From: Eledone cirrhosa
Taxonomy: Eukaryota
Direction: 5' to 3'
NCBI GenBank assembly: GCA_964016885.1
Contig: OZ024759.1
Coordinates: 15,314,001 to 15,378,000, forward strand
DNA: 64,000 nucleotides
Shown here: piece after piece, positions 26,061-42,295 of the stretch
Numbering within the stretch: the stretch's first letter is position 1
Layout: each line of letters opens with the position of its first letter
Position numbers and translations under genes: made by a program
The notes under the pieces: generated by a model
Seen by the model: only the letters and a program-made list of their open reading frames with translations
What the model was told of the DNA's origin: nothing
Databases searched by the model: none

Positions 26061-26640
26061 ATAATTGTTTCTACTTTTGGCACAAGGCCAGTATTTACCC
26101 AGTACATTACTGGTACTTTATTTTATCGACCCCGTAAGGATGAAAGGCAAAGTTAACCTCGGCGGGATTTGAACTTAGAATGGCAAGCGCCGTAACTCTA
26201 TGCGTCAAAGCATGGCGTCCGACGCCTCTACCGATATTGCCAATCCATAAATAATGGTGAAACATCGAAATAAATAATCAATAATAATTCTTTCTACGTT
26301 TGGCACAAGGCAAGCAATTATCCCAGTGCATTACTGGTACTTTATTTCACCGGCGTCGTAAGGGTGAAAGGCAAAGTTAAGCTCGGCGGGATTTGAACTC
26401 AAATCATAAAGCGCCCTAACTCTATACAGCAAAGCATGGCATCCGACCCTCTATCGATACTGCCAATAAGTATTTTGTATGTAGCTGCGAGCTTAGCTTT
26501 GCATTTCATTCGTAAGGGGTCGGTAAAATAATGTACCAGTAACGCACTGGGGTCGGTTTGATCGACTTAACTCCTTCCCTTCAAATTGCTGGTTTTTCCT
26601 TCACCCGAAATTGTTGGCCTTGCGCCTAACTCCGAAACCA
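26061..26640. mobile_element. Cluster of Nin-type SINEs (two on minus, one partial on plus)
   Basis: Repeated SINE core. Confidence 0.85.
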
Positions 26641-27113
26641 TTTTGTACGTATGCATGACGGAATAGGGCAGCAAACTGGCGGAGTTGTTCGAACGTCATA
26701 GAGATTGTTTTTGTAGTAACAGCTCTCTGCTGTCTGTGCTCAAAAACCCACCAACATCAATCCTATCTTTCATCCTTTCGAAATTGTTAAAGTAAATCGT
26801 TTGTGTTCAAACGTGGAGAGAGGGTGAACTCAGTAAGCTTTAATTAACATGTCATTTTGACATTACAGGAACGCCTATGACACTGCTAAAAATAACTGGC
26901 CCTCTATATTTTCCATGTATGCATATGTGACTGTCTATGTATATATATGTATATAACTACTTTGTCACTATGGCGCCCCTAAAACTCAACTACGAGTTAA
27001 GGGCTATATATATTCTGTATGTGTATGTGTTTATGTATGTATGTTTATGTAGGAATATGTGTACGTAAATGAGTATCTATGTGTGAATTCATATATATAT
27101 ATATATATATATA

Positions 27114-27152
<39 letters not shown>

Positions 27153-27609
27153 GTGTGTGCGTATGTGTGTGTGCGTGTGTGTGTGTGCGTATGTGTGTGT
27201 GCGTGTGTGTGTGTGCGTGTGTGTGTGTGTATGTGTGGGTGTAAATGTATGTGTATATATATGAGTGTGGGTGTTATTCAATATATAGATATATGTGTTT
27301 ATGTACGAATAAGTGTACGTATGTGGGTATATATGTGAGTATACATATATATAAATATATGTCTGTATATATGTATGTGTAAATGTATGTATAAGTGTAT
27401 AAATATATGAATGTGTATGTGTGTAACAATATATAGATGTATTGTTTATGTACGTATGTATATAAGTAAATACGGCGCCCCTATGTTTCCACAGGGAGTT
27501 ACGGGTCCATACATCCATGCAGCTATTTATATACACAGAAAGCATGTGCAGAAAGCAGACGATTATGAGGCTATGCAGCAACCATATATATATGAATAAA
27601 TTGCATATA

Positions 27610-28164
27610 TATAATATGTATATAATATATATATATGTATATATATAATATATATAATATATATATAATATATATATAATATATATAAGAATATATATAA
27701 TATATATAAGAATATATATAATATATATAAGAATATATATAATATATATAATATATATATAATATATATAAGAATATATATAATATATATAAGAATATAT
27801 ATAATATATATAATATATATATAATATATATAAGAATATATATAATATATATAAGAATATATATAATAATTATAATATATATATAATATATATAAGAATA
27901 TATATAATATATATAAGAATATATATAATAATATATATAATTTATATAAGAATATATATAATATATATAAGAATATATATAAGAATATATATAATATATA
28001 TAAGAATATATATAATATATATGATATATATATAATATATATATAAAATATATGTATATATATAATATATATATTAAAAAAATATATACATATAAAAATA
28101 TATATATATATATATATATAATATATATGTATATATATAATATATATATATATTATATATATAT

Positions 28165-28195
<31 letters not shown>

Positions 28196-28222
28196 ATATA
28201 TATATATATATAATATATATAT

Positions 28223-28255
<33 letters not shown>

Positions 28256-28378
28256 ATATATATATATATATAATATATATATAATATATATAATATATAT
28301 ATAATATATATATGTATATATATAATTATATATATATATTTATGTATATATATATATTTATGTATATATATATATATT

Positions 28379-28435
<57 letters not shown>

Positions 28436-28460
28436 ATAAATATATATATATACATATATA
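27610..28460. repeat. AT minisatellite (TATATAAGAA/TATATAATA units)
   Basis: Composition. Confidence 0.95.
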
Positions 28461-29004
28461 TTGTGAGTTTGTATGTCTTTTTGTGCATGTTTACGTGAGT
28501 GTGACTGTGTGTGCGTGTAATTGCGTGTGGGTGTATGTGTGTATATATATATATATATATATTCCTATATGTATGCTTGTGGTATTAACGATATAGTATA
28601 TACCATGTTATATAACATTTATAGATTTGCCTGTTCCCTGGAGAGATAGGAGAGAAACAGAAGTTTCGGTTAATATAATTAACGGAGAGAAACAGCGCAA
28701 TATTTCTCTGATCTTTTATCAATTATTGAACATATGTAGACGTATACATACATACACACACACACACTCTCATACACATGTAATCACAGTCATACACACA
28801 CACAGACATATATATATATATGCACGTACATATATACACGCATACATACATACATACACACACACACTGTTATATACATGTAATCACAGTCATACAAACC
28901 CACACATATATATATATGCACTTACATATATACACACATACATACATACATACATACATACATACACACACTGTTATATACATGTAATCACAGTCATACA
29001 AACC

Positions 29005-29049
<45 letters not shown>

Positions 29050-29159
29050 TTACATATATACACGCATCAATATATCTACATATGTAGACGTAGACATACA
29101 CATGCAAACACTCTTATATACTTGTAATCACAGTCATACACACACACACACACACACAC

Positions 29160-29198
<39 letters not shown>

Positions 29199-29269
29199 CC
29201 GAGGGTCCGCTAAGGTGAAACAATTGTTCTCGGTATGGTTAACTAACTCTTCTGTTGCCACTTCTCTCT

Positions 29270-30660
<1,391 letters not shown>

Positions 30661-31104
30661 AGTTTTAATATAGATGAGATTCTACAGGACTAGAGCTGTT
30701 TCATTCTTTAGAAATCATACACACGCATACATACAATCGTATATACATATACATATATATACAGCAAATATACATACATATAGGCATACACATACATGTA
30801 ATCACTGTCACACACATATTTATAAATATAGATATATATACATCAAACAAAACACTATACACACACGCAAACGCATGCGCAAAGAATACAAAATAAAATA
30901 AACAAATAAATAAATATATAAACAGACTAAATAAAGATGGCGTAGAAAATACAATGTAACGGGAGGAAACAATAGCACCACTGACGATGTTGCAGATGTG
31001 CAACGAAAGAACTTTGATAAACTATATATATGTGTTTGTGTCTATATTGTATGTGTATTATTTTTGACCGTTGGTCAGTCAATGGCAACATTGAGGACCG
31101 AATA

Positions 31105-31220
31105 AATTAGATTAACGATATAAAAGACACAGAAGCGAAAACCAACCTAAAAGTGAGTGTGTTCTGTTATTAATTCTGGCAATATTACATAAATATGACC
31201 CTCCCCAAGTATAACTATAT
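31105..31220. repeat. Dispersed repeat family F (also 11690, 43805-44225, 47805-47972)
   Basis: Shared ACAGAAGCGAAAACCAA...ATATGACCCTCCCCAAGTATAAC. Confidence 0.75.
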
Positions 31221-31692
31221 TTATATGCACTTAGATATATACACACATACATACACGCTCGCATACATATATGCATAAACGCATACATACATAACATTTA
31301 TACTAGTAAATACAATTGCAAATAAATGTTTTTCTCTATATATTAAGAACCATTTCAAGAGTAACTTACTCACTATTTTGAAAATTTGGACTGTCAACAA
31401 CAATTATAATTGAGTGGCTGCTATTTGCAGTATAGCAATATAAGATTGCACTTACCAATGAAACGGTCGTAAATACCTGGATAAATCCTTCTCTTAATGC
31501 TTACCTGTCTTTTCTATTTTATATAATTATATATACATATATGTATATACATATATATATATACAGATATATATACATATATATATATATACAGATATAT
31601 ATACATATATATATATATACAGATATATATACATATATATATACAGATATATATACATATATATATACACATATATATACAGATATATATAC

Positions 31693-31727
<35 letters not shown>

Positions 31728-31731
<4 letters not shown>

Positions 31732-32078
31732 AAGAAAAAGAGATGAAATCGAAAATGCAAATGGAGTCTTATTTTTTTTTTTTTTTTTTTTAAATATATA
31801 TATTTATTTGGTTCCTTTACCGGTTTCGCAGTTCTTCTGCTTTTCAAAAGGTGAGTTGAGATGGAGGGTCTGAGAAAAACCACAGACCCTCCATCTCAAC
31901 TCACCTTTTGAAAAGCAGAAGAACTGCGAAACCGGTAAAGGAACCAAATAAATATATATATTTAAAAAAAAAAAAAAATAAGACTCCAGTTGCATTTTCG
32001 ATTTCATCTCTTTTTCTTTATACTTTCACTCGTGTAGGACACCTCGGTTATTTTTTATTTTGTAAAAAAAAACCTCAC

Positions 32079-32085
<7 letters not shown>
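31728..32085. mobile_element. PLE-like fold-back island (~140-bp arms plus tail)
   Basis: Inverted repeat 31728-31872/31883-32022 with a 10-nt loop; tail to ~32085. Confidence 0.8.
31904..31941 (+). ncRNA. Minimal type I hammerhead motif, U3-A8 variant
   Basis: CCTT-TTGAAAA-GCAG aagaa CTGC-GAAA-CCGG-TA-AAGG; palindromic stem III; GUA site. Confidence 0.75.
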
Positions 32086-32133
<48 letters not shown>

Positions 32134-32479
32134 TATATACATATTTTATATACATATATATATATAAATATATACGTATAAATATATATATATATATAAA
32201 CATATATATATATATATATATATAAACATATATATATATATAAATATATATATATATACATATATATATATAAATATATATATATATAAATATGTATATA
32301 TAAATATGTATATATAAATATATATATATAAATATATATATATAAATATATATATACATATATAAATATAAATATATATATATAAATATATATATATAAA
32401 TATATATATACATATATAAATATAAATATATATATATAAATATATATATATAAATATATATATACATATATAAATATAA

Positions 32480-32548
<69 letters not shown>

Positions 32549-32583
32549 TATACATATATATATATACATATATATATATATAC

Positions 32584-32616
<33 letters not shown>

Positions 32617-32711
32617 CATATATATACATATATATATGTATATACATATATATATGTATATACATATATATATATATATACACACATATATACATATATA
32701 TATATATATAT

Positions 32712-32783
<72 letters not shown>

Positions 32784-32809
32784 ATATATATATACATATA
32801 TATATATAT

Positions 32810-32890
<81 letters not shown>

Positions 32891-33203
32891 ATATTTTATA
32901 CTGTAGTATATGGAACTTGCTCGTATCAAACTCCTAATTCTATGTGAGATAGTGTATCATAAGAAAATCATAAGAACACGCATTTACCTTAGTTTTTATT
33001 TCAATATCACATACTGTTATTATATTTTACACTAGTCTAGATGAAAGTATCTGTTATCAAATTGTTAACTATGAGATATTCGCAACCGACATAGATATAT
33101 TCAGTACACTGAAAATGAGTTAAACTGCATGAAGACATTGCTTCAAGCAGAACATTCATTTCCGCTATCTTTGATAATGAGTCGACTGAACTATATGTGT
33201 GTA

Positions 33204-33295
<92 letters not shown>

Positions 33296-33460
33296 ATATA
33301 CCTATATATACATATACCTATATATATACATACATATACAAACATAAATACATATATATACATACACACAAACTTATATATATATACATACATAGATATA
33401 TATAGATATACATACACACACACACACACACACATTATATATATATATACACACACACAT

Positions 33461-33504
<44 letters not shown>

Positions 33505-33604
33505 ATATTATTTATTTTCTATTATCTCGCTAGCAATTGCCACTTGCCGCATCGAGATAACGCAATTACACCACGTCTCAAACAATAAACAGAGTAACAG
33601 AGAT

Positions 33605-35012
33605 TGAGGAGGAGGAGGAGGAGAATGGAAGAGGGGGAGGGGGAATGGGGGAAGAGAGGGAGGGGGAGAATGGGAGTGGGGAAGGGTTTAGCTGGGGGGG
33701 AGGGATTAGCAGGGGGTGGATATAAGGACAATGGCGTTAAATCTATATAACCTTTGATTATTCTCGAACTTTTGTTGCGTAGGGCAGAGAGAGAGAGAGA
33801 GAGATGTGCCGCAGAGAGGGAATGTGAGGAACAGAGAGAGAGAGAGGGATGTTGAGTGAGATCGAATCATTGCCAGAGGTAGGGAGGGGGGATTGATAGA
33901 GACAAAGAGAGTTAATGATAGAGAATGAGAGACAGGGGATTGAGAGGGGGAGCCAGAGGGGGAAAGAGAGAGAGGGGGAGAGAGAGATGGGGAGAGAGAG
34001 TGGGGAGGGGTAGGGGGGGGGGGAGAAAGAGGGGGGACAGATTCAGAGCTAGAGAGAGATTGAATAAAATTGTGAGTGAGCAAGCGAGAGTTAGATGGGT
34101 TAGAGGGAGAGTGTGAGTGAGAGGAGTGTGGGAGACAGGGTAAGAGTGAGAGGGAGCGAGAGAGAAAGGCAGAAGTGAGAGAGAGAGAGGCAGCAAGAGT
34201 GAGAGAGAGTGGGTGAGAGAGAGTGGGGGAGAGAGAGAAAGGATAGGAGAGAGGGCCAGAGGAAGACAGTGAGGGAGAGGAAGAGAGAGACGAGTGTGTG
34301 TGTGTGAGACATAAAGGGTGAGAGAGAGAGGAAGGGAGAGAGAGAGAGATAGGAAGGGAGAGAGAGAGAGAGATAGGAAGGGAGAGAGAGAGAGATAGGA
34401 AGAGAGAGAGAGAGTGAGAGAGTGAGAGAGAGTGAGAGAGAGTGAGAGAGTGAGAGAGAGTGAGGGAGAGAGAGAGAGAGCTAGAGCGAGAGAGCGAGAG
34501 CGACGGTGTGTGTGTGAGAGAGAGAGAGCGACGGTGTGTGTGTGTGAGAGAGAGAGCGACGGTGTGTGTGTGAGAGAGAGAGAGCGACGGTGTGTGTGTG
34601 AGAGAGAGAGAGCGACGGTGTGTGTGTGAGAGAGAGAGAGCGAAAGGGAGAGAGAGGCAAAAGTTTGAGAATGGTAAAGAGGGGCAGCAATAGTGAGAGA
34701 GACAGAGAGAGAGAGAGACAGATAGAGAGAGACAGATAGAGAGAGACAGAGAGAGACAGACAGAGAGAGAGTGAGAGGCAGTGAGGGTGCGTGTATGTGA
34801 GAGAGAAAAAGAAACAGAGATAGACGGACAGAGAGAGACAGACAGAGAAAGGGAGACAGACAGAGAGAGGGGGACAGAGAGAGACAGACAGAGAAAGAGG
34901 GACATACAGAGACAGAGAGAGACAGAGACAGACGACAGACAGAGAGAGACAGAGACAGACGACAGACAGAGATAGAGACAGACAGACAGACTGACAGAGA
35001 TAGAGAGAGAGA
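33605..35012. repeat. Long GA/G-rich polypurine tract, including (GAGAGCGACGGTGTGTGTGT)-type units at 34495-34640
   Basis: Composition. Confidence 0.9.
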
Positions 35013-35410
35013 GGTTTGGGCAATTGTTCGAAGAAGACAAATGGCTCTATCGATTCAATGACAAAATGTTCTGAATGGAAAAAGGTTGTGGAAAGTAGCA
35101 CTACTAGGATATGTCAGTTCAAATTGTTGTGAAGAAATCTCTAGAATAGAAGAGCAAGAATGAGTATTGCGAAAGGGAGACAACAGCCTGGGTATTTTTA
35201 TCATTAAGTTCGGAATATTTGCAATGTTTTGATATTACAATACGTGTCGTCGTCCCTCGGGGAATGTTCATCGTAAATATAAGGGAGATGAGGAAAAATA
35301 AATATATATATGTATGTATGTATGTATATATATGTATGTATGTATATGTATGTATGTATATGTATATGTGTATGTATATGTATGTATGTATGTATATGTA
35401 TGTATGCATT

Positions 35411-35446
<36 letters not shown>

Positions 35447-35609
35447 TTATATATATATGTATATGTATGTATATGCATTTATATTATATATATATATATA
35501 TGTATGTATATATATATATATTATATATATGTATGTATGTATCATATATATTTGTATATATACATAAGTATATATACATAATATACATATATATATGTAT
35601 ATATACATA

Positions 35610-35640
<31 letters not shown>

Positions 35641-36109
35641 ATATATATATATATATATATATATACATAATATACATATATATATGTATATATACATAAT
35701 ATATATATATGTATAGATAATATACATATATATATGTATATATACATAATATATATATGTATATATACATAATATATATGTGTATATATACATAATATAC
35801 ATATATATATATGAATATATATATGTATATATACATAATATATATGTGTATATATACATAATATACATATATATATATGTATATATACATAATATATACA
35901 TGCATACATATATACACACATAATATAAATATATATACATATATATATATAAATATATATATTATACGTATATATATGTATTATATATATATATATATAT
36001 ATAAAATTTCAGGTTATCAATAATGTAGTGATAATATATCGTTACGTTAGAGATGAACAGCGTACGTGCAGGTTTGCTCAACGAGTATAAATTATATTCC
36101 GGAGAAATG

Positions 36110-36486
36110 TAGAAAGGATGAATATAAAATGAAAGTGCTTTTGTTAAAAAAGGAATTTATTAGGTATTGACATATGTTTCTGTAACAGACCGAATACCTA
36201 TGTATCGCTGCTTGCGTAATCATATAATGTTAGCAAGTATTCGATAGCAAATGTATAAACAGTTGTCACTTCTTCAGAGATTTTGGATAAACTCTCTTTT
36301 GGAGTTTATCCAAAATCTCTGAAGAAGTGACAACTGTTTATACATTTGCTATCGAATACTTGCTAACATTATATGATTACGCAAGCAGCGATACATAGGT
36401 ATTCGGTCTGTTACAGAAACATATGTCAATACCTAATAAATTCCTTTTTTAACAAAAGCACTTTCATTTTATATTCATCCTTTCTA
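36110..36486. mobile_element. Fold-back island (~185-bp arms) with a degenerate HHR core
   Basis: Loop 36295-36301; CTGAAGA at 36319, then CGAATAC. Confidence 0.75.
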
Positions 36487-36502
36487 TATATATATATATA
36501 TG

Positions 36503-36574
<72 letters not shown>

Positions 36575-36975
36575 ACATTAACATATTGTTTTCTCTATAC
36601 CACTCTATGGTTATATATTGATCTGATATTGTACGAGATTCTTTTGCTGGCTGATACATTCACACACACACTGAGGCACAGACATACACATATACACATT
36701 CACACATATATATATATATATATTCACACACATACACCCTCACACACCCATAATCGCACACATATACACACACACCAATCTCTCACTTTCATCGGCACAC
36801 TATAACATACATTTTCAAACACAAACCCGCACACATTTTCAAACACGCTCACCCACACACAAACATACACACACACACGCTCACCCACTTACACACACAC
36901 TCATATCTCACCCTATGATCTCACACATATTAACACACACACACTCACACACACAGATACACACACTCACATATA

Positions 36976-37858
36976 CGAGGTGTGTCAGAAAAGTTCCAGG
37001 ACTGATGTCACAAAAGATTTATTTTAAATCCAAACTTCACACTAAGAATTTTCTCCTTCAAAGTAATCCCCCTGGAGTATGTAACTGTAATCTTAGCTCT
37101 CTGCAGCGTTCAAACTTTTTTCTTCATAATTTTATATACATGTCCTCTGTTTCAGGTCGTCAAGCAATTTGCACAGAGCAACGAACAAACTTGAAGAGTC
37201 TGGTACGGTTGGGGAAAATTCCGTCAAAAGCACTGGGATTGCTGCAGCAAGTGTATGGAGAGGAGACGATGTCACGCTCACGTGTTTTTGAGTGGTGCAA
37301 GATGACTCCAGGAGCGGAAGGCCCTCAACAACCAGGACTGAGGTCAACGTTGAGTGCGTCAGGCAGATGGTGCGTAGCGATCGTCGGCTGACTGTTCGAC
37401 TGATGGCAAATGAGCTGGGCATGAATCGGGACAGCATCTGCAAGATTCTCACTAAAGATTTGGACATGCGGAAAGTCTGCGCGAAGATGGTGCCAAAACT
37501 GCTGAACGATGACCAGAAGGGTCGACGCATGCAAGTGTGCCAGGACATCTTCGAGCGTCCTGAAACTGAACCAGACTTGCTAGGGACAGTCATCACCGGT
37601 GATGAGTCATGGATCTTCAAGTACGACCCGGAAGGACCCGTTTTGAAGACGTGGACGACATCAAAAAGACCGTGACGACGGAACTGCGGAGGATCCCGGA
37701 AAAATCCTTCCAGGAGTGCATGCATGCGTGGCAGAAAAGGATCGATAGTGCATTAGACTCCAGGGGGTTATTTTGAAGGAGAAAACTCCTACTGTGAAGT
37801 TTGGGTTTGAAATAAATCTTTTGTGACATCAGTCCTGGAACTTTTCTGACACACCTCG
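36976..37858 (+). mobile_element. Internally deleted mariner-family DNA transposon
   Basis: TA TSDs; long TIRs CGAGGTGTGTCAGAAAAGTTCCAGGACTGATG; transposase remnants MSRSRVFEWC, DDSRSGRPST, KMVPKLL and ITGDESW; remainder of the catalytic domain absent. Confidence 0.93.
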
Positions 37859-38373
37859 TATACACACACACGAACACACACGGACACCCACTCACACAGA
37901 GACACATCTCACTGTATGATCTCACACACTAACACACAGAGACACCAGCACACATATTCAACCACACAAAAATCCGCAACGCTCAAATGAAGAGGTCCAC
38001 ATTCACACTTATCATCACACACACACACTCACACACATATACTCACAAACACTCACGCTCACACACACTCACATAAACACACGCCCCGACACATACACAC
38101 ACATACACAAATACACACACACTAACACACAAGCATACATATCCAAACACAAACAAATCCGCACCGCTCAACTGAAGAGGCCTACATTCATATATACACC
38201 CAGAAGCAGCTTTATATTTATACAGTTCAGTATATGTATATACTAACTGCAGACATGGACATTTCAGTGTACACACATATATATATATATATATATACAC
38301 ACGCATAGACATGAATGAAAAAACTCAGTTAAATATATATATATGCGCGTGTGTCTGTACGTGTTGGTGTGTG

Positions 38374-38432
<59 letters not shown>

Positions 38433-38548
38433 ATATGCATATATATATATTTATATTTGTATATATACATATACTCATAAATATATACATATACACATAA
38501 ATATATACATATACACATAAATATATACATATACACACAAATATATAC

Positions 38549-38625
<77 letters not shown>

Positions 38626-38734
38626 CATATCCATACACCAATATATACAACATACATATACCAATATACACAGCAAAATACATATATATAATGTACATAT
38701 ATATATAAATATATACATATGCACACACACACGC

Positions 38735-38767
<33 letters not shown>

Positions 38768-39169
38768 CATTATTCACTCTTTGTAATTGTGGTATTCGGC
38801 TATTAAGGCCAGCCAGGCGTTTTTATATATATTGCCTTTTACGTATTCTAATCTGTAAACAGTTTGATTTGTTTTTGTATTGCAATAATGCAGTTATAAC
38901 ATTTTATTGCATTTGTGTAGCAATAAACACCTATAGCAATAGTCTTCTTATAAATTCACATTACCATAGTGTAGCTATAAATCTGCATTTTCCAATAGAG
39001 TGGCTATTAGTTTATATTTCAATGGTAGCTTTTCAATAGTACTACTGCGATTCTATATTGCGATAGTGCAGTTATTAACCATTAATGCTATAGTGCAGCA
39101 ATGAATTTGCTATTGAGATTGTGACGCCATCTATTGCTGTTACCATCCTAAATTGCTTGATTGGTACTA

Positions 39170-39485
39170 TCAGCAGGTTGAACGCCATAATTTGCAGTAT
39201 AGAGATACGGCCCTTTACGTTCTGAATTAAAATCCCCTGGGGCTTAACTTTTCCTTTCATTAATACGGGGTCGATAAAATAAAGCACCAGAAATGTATTG
39301 TGCCAAAAGTAGAAACAATTATTACTTTAGCAGTATCGGTAGAGGGTCGGACGCCATGCTTTACGGTCTGAGTTCAAATAACGCCAAGTTCAAATTTGCC
39401 TTTCATCCATACGGGGTCGATAAAATAAAATACCAGTAATACACTCAGAAAATTGCTGGTCTTGTACCAAAATCAAAACAATTAC
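39170..39485 (+). mobile_element. Two partial Nin-type SINEs
   Basis: SINE core motifs. Confidence 0.75.
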
Positions 39486-39778
39486 TACTACTACTTCTTC
39501 CACCAGGAGTATTCGAAGTAGCCCTACTAGTATAGCCGTCACTTTCAACCTAATGTGCCTTGGTAGTATGTACCCTGCTTTTTGTAATGTGTTTAGGTCA
39601 CCATGCTGTCGTGAAGCAGAATGTCTTAGATGTGACAACTGGAAAGTGAAAGCTGCTGCCTTCTTTATAGACCACGCAAAGATGAAAGGCAAAGTGAAAC
39701 AAGAGAGGATTTGAACTCAGAATGCAGATACCTGGAGCAAATATCCAACGCTCTAACGACGTAACCTCTACATATATA

Positions 39779-40031
39779 TATATCACAGAAAAAAAGAGAA
39801 TCAGTGTTGCGACGAAAGGAATTTATTATCGATATGGTGATCAAACCAGGTTTGATTACCATATCGATCGTGCCTCGAGTTGGTCGCCCGAGAAACAATT
39901 GTAATATGTCCAATAAATTCCTTTCGTCATAACACTGATTCTTCTTTTTCTGTGATATCATACTCTGCCCCACGAGGCCATTGAGTGCTTATACGGCCTA
40001 CCGCATACGGACGCTTTAAGCATCCAACACC

Positions 40032-40075
<44 letters not shown>

Positions 40076-40086
40076 GGTGTTGGATG

Positions 40087-40090
<4 letters not shown>
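39779..40090. mobile_element. Nested fold-back island
   Basis: Inverted repeat 39779-39827/39912-39958; inner hairpin 39828-39868; inverted repeat 40017-40036/40071-40090 around (TA)n. Confidence 0.65.
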
Positions 40091-40123
<33 letters not shown>

Positions 40124-40344
40124 GTTTAAATTTGGTGGTTTATCACTGGTTAGAATTGGTCATTCTGCAATATTAACCATTAAAAAATACGGGAAAAGCA
40201 CTCGACGTTATGCAACTTATCCATCTTCGATGTTGAATCATGTTGGTGGTGCGTTAACGGAATAAATGTATTATAAAGTGAAATGACAGGATGACAGGAG
40301 GCCAAATATTTTGAATTTCCTTAATTTTTTTATACCCCAAACAC

Positions 40345-40405
40345 TATACACATTTCAGTGACCAGGTTGCGTAAGAACCCGGTGACATCTTCAGGAATGT
40401 ATAGA
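40345..40405 (-). ncRNA. HHR-like core with a long stem II
   Basis: CTGAAGA-t-GTCACCGGGTT cttacgc AACCTGGTCAC-t-GAAA; stem I not evident. Confidence 0.5.
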
Positions 40406-40496
40406 CCTTAAGGAAACAAGCACAGAGAAAATAGAGGAAAAAAGAGTGTTTATGTTTTAGCATATTGTCGCACTGCTCTCTACTCTCAATACACAT

Positions 40497-40547
<51 letters not shown>

Positions 40548-40659
40548 AGAGAGAGAGAGAGATAGCGAGAGAGAGAGAGAGAGAGAGAGAGGCAGACAGA
40601 GCGAGATGCGTGTGTGTGTGTATGTATATATGTATGGCAGTTTTTTAAGATGGCTTTCT

Positions 40660-40953
40660 AATAATTGTTTCTACTTTTGGCACAAGGCCAGCAATTATCC
40701 CAGTGTATTACTGGTACTTTATTTTATTGAATAATGATTTCTAGTATAGGCACAAGCTAGAAATGTTGGGGGGGGAGGTGAAAGTCGCTTACATCGATCC
40801 CAGTGCGTGACTGGTACTTTATTTTATTGACCCCGTAAGGATGAAAGGCAAAGTTAACCTCGGCGGTATTTGAACTCAGTTCATAAAGGGCCGTAACTCT
40901 ATGGTGCAAAGCATGGCGTCCCATCCACTACGGATACTGCCAATCCACCGCCC
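40660..40953 (-). mobile_element. Nin-type SINEs (one partial, one full)
   Basis: SINE core and head. Confidence 0.85.
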
Positions 40954-41267
40954 TCAGAGAGCTTACTAATAATGACGTACTTTTTGTGCTATCTACCCTT
41001 TTCTCAGTTTTCCTTTTTACTCTTGTTGTCTTCGTTAATCTCCTCTCTACCAAACACTGTCTCGAAACTCTCTCTCTATATTCCGATAAAAGATCAACGT
41101 CTGAAACATCATTAAGATGATTTTTCTAACTGTAACAAGTGTTAAACTAATATTTTATCATTGTACTTTTCCGCGAGTTGGCTTTTCTTATATACACGTA
41201 TAATTCTAAGTCTCGAAATTATGAATGCAATACCTAAATTTACTCCCTCATGTGTAACAGAAAAACA

Positions 41268-41315
<48 letters not shown>

Positions 41316-41766
41316 GCACGCACACACACACACATACACACACATACACACACACACATACGTACATGAATGCATACATACTTAAATAAATACAACACTA
41401 ATATTCACAATGAATGAAATAAAATGAAGGGGAAATTTTCTTTTTTACTGTCAATTTGCCAACAGAACACGTTGTATATTCTCGCCTTTCTTTCATCGTC
41501 ATGGGAAATTTAAAACTTCTGTTGGACTTAGGCTAAACAGAATAAAAAACGCTAAGGAAAAAAAAGGAAATGGCTGTTCGCGTCTGTCAGTTTAATGTCG
41601 GTTGTGCTGGGTGGTAGTCATGTCAATGCTATATATAGTAATTTTATATCTGAGATCATACACATATATTTATATATATATATATACATACATACATCTC
41701 TCTATTATATATATAGATGTATGTTCTGCTTATATATATATATATAAGCAGAACATACATCCAGAA

Positions 41767-41832
<66 letters not shown>

Positions 41833-42002
41833 TATATGATGTTAAGGGAGCTAAAGTTTTTATATGAATGCTAGTATTCATTGAGTTGACAAGCGATGTC
41901 TTTTATGTGATCTTTCTATTATAGAACGGGGAGGCTCTTACATTCTGTCAAGAAGGAAGTACGAATATATATATATATATATACATATATATATAAACAC
42001 AT

Positions 42003-42210
42003 GAAGGCGTGTAGTTATCAGGTTAGCATAACTGGCTCACAATCGTAAGATCGTCGGTTCGATTCGAGGGGCGAGCTGTGTCCTTGAGTAAGATATTTTA
42101 TTTCACGTTGTTCCAGTCCACCCAGCTGGATCTCCCTGAGAAATACGTTAAAGGTACGAGTGTTTGTGGAATCCTGAGGCTGTTTCGTTGATCCTATCGA
42201 TGGAGTACAG
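42003..42210 (+). mobile_element. SINE family 2
   Basis: GGTTCGATTCG B-box; TGTCCTTGAGTAAGATATTT. Confidence 0.7.
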
Positions 42211-42248
42211 CTACTACATATAAAACACACATACATGTGTGTGTAAGT

Positions 42249-42295
<47 letters not shown>

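Noticed and set aside
33706-35040. 444-aa Ser/Leu ORF
   Set aside because: Translation of a (TC)-rich low-complexity strand
37292-37675. Functional transposase or SETMAR-like gene
   Set aside because: Frameshifted and lacks most of the catalytic domain
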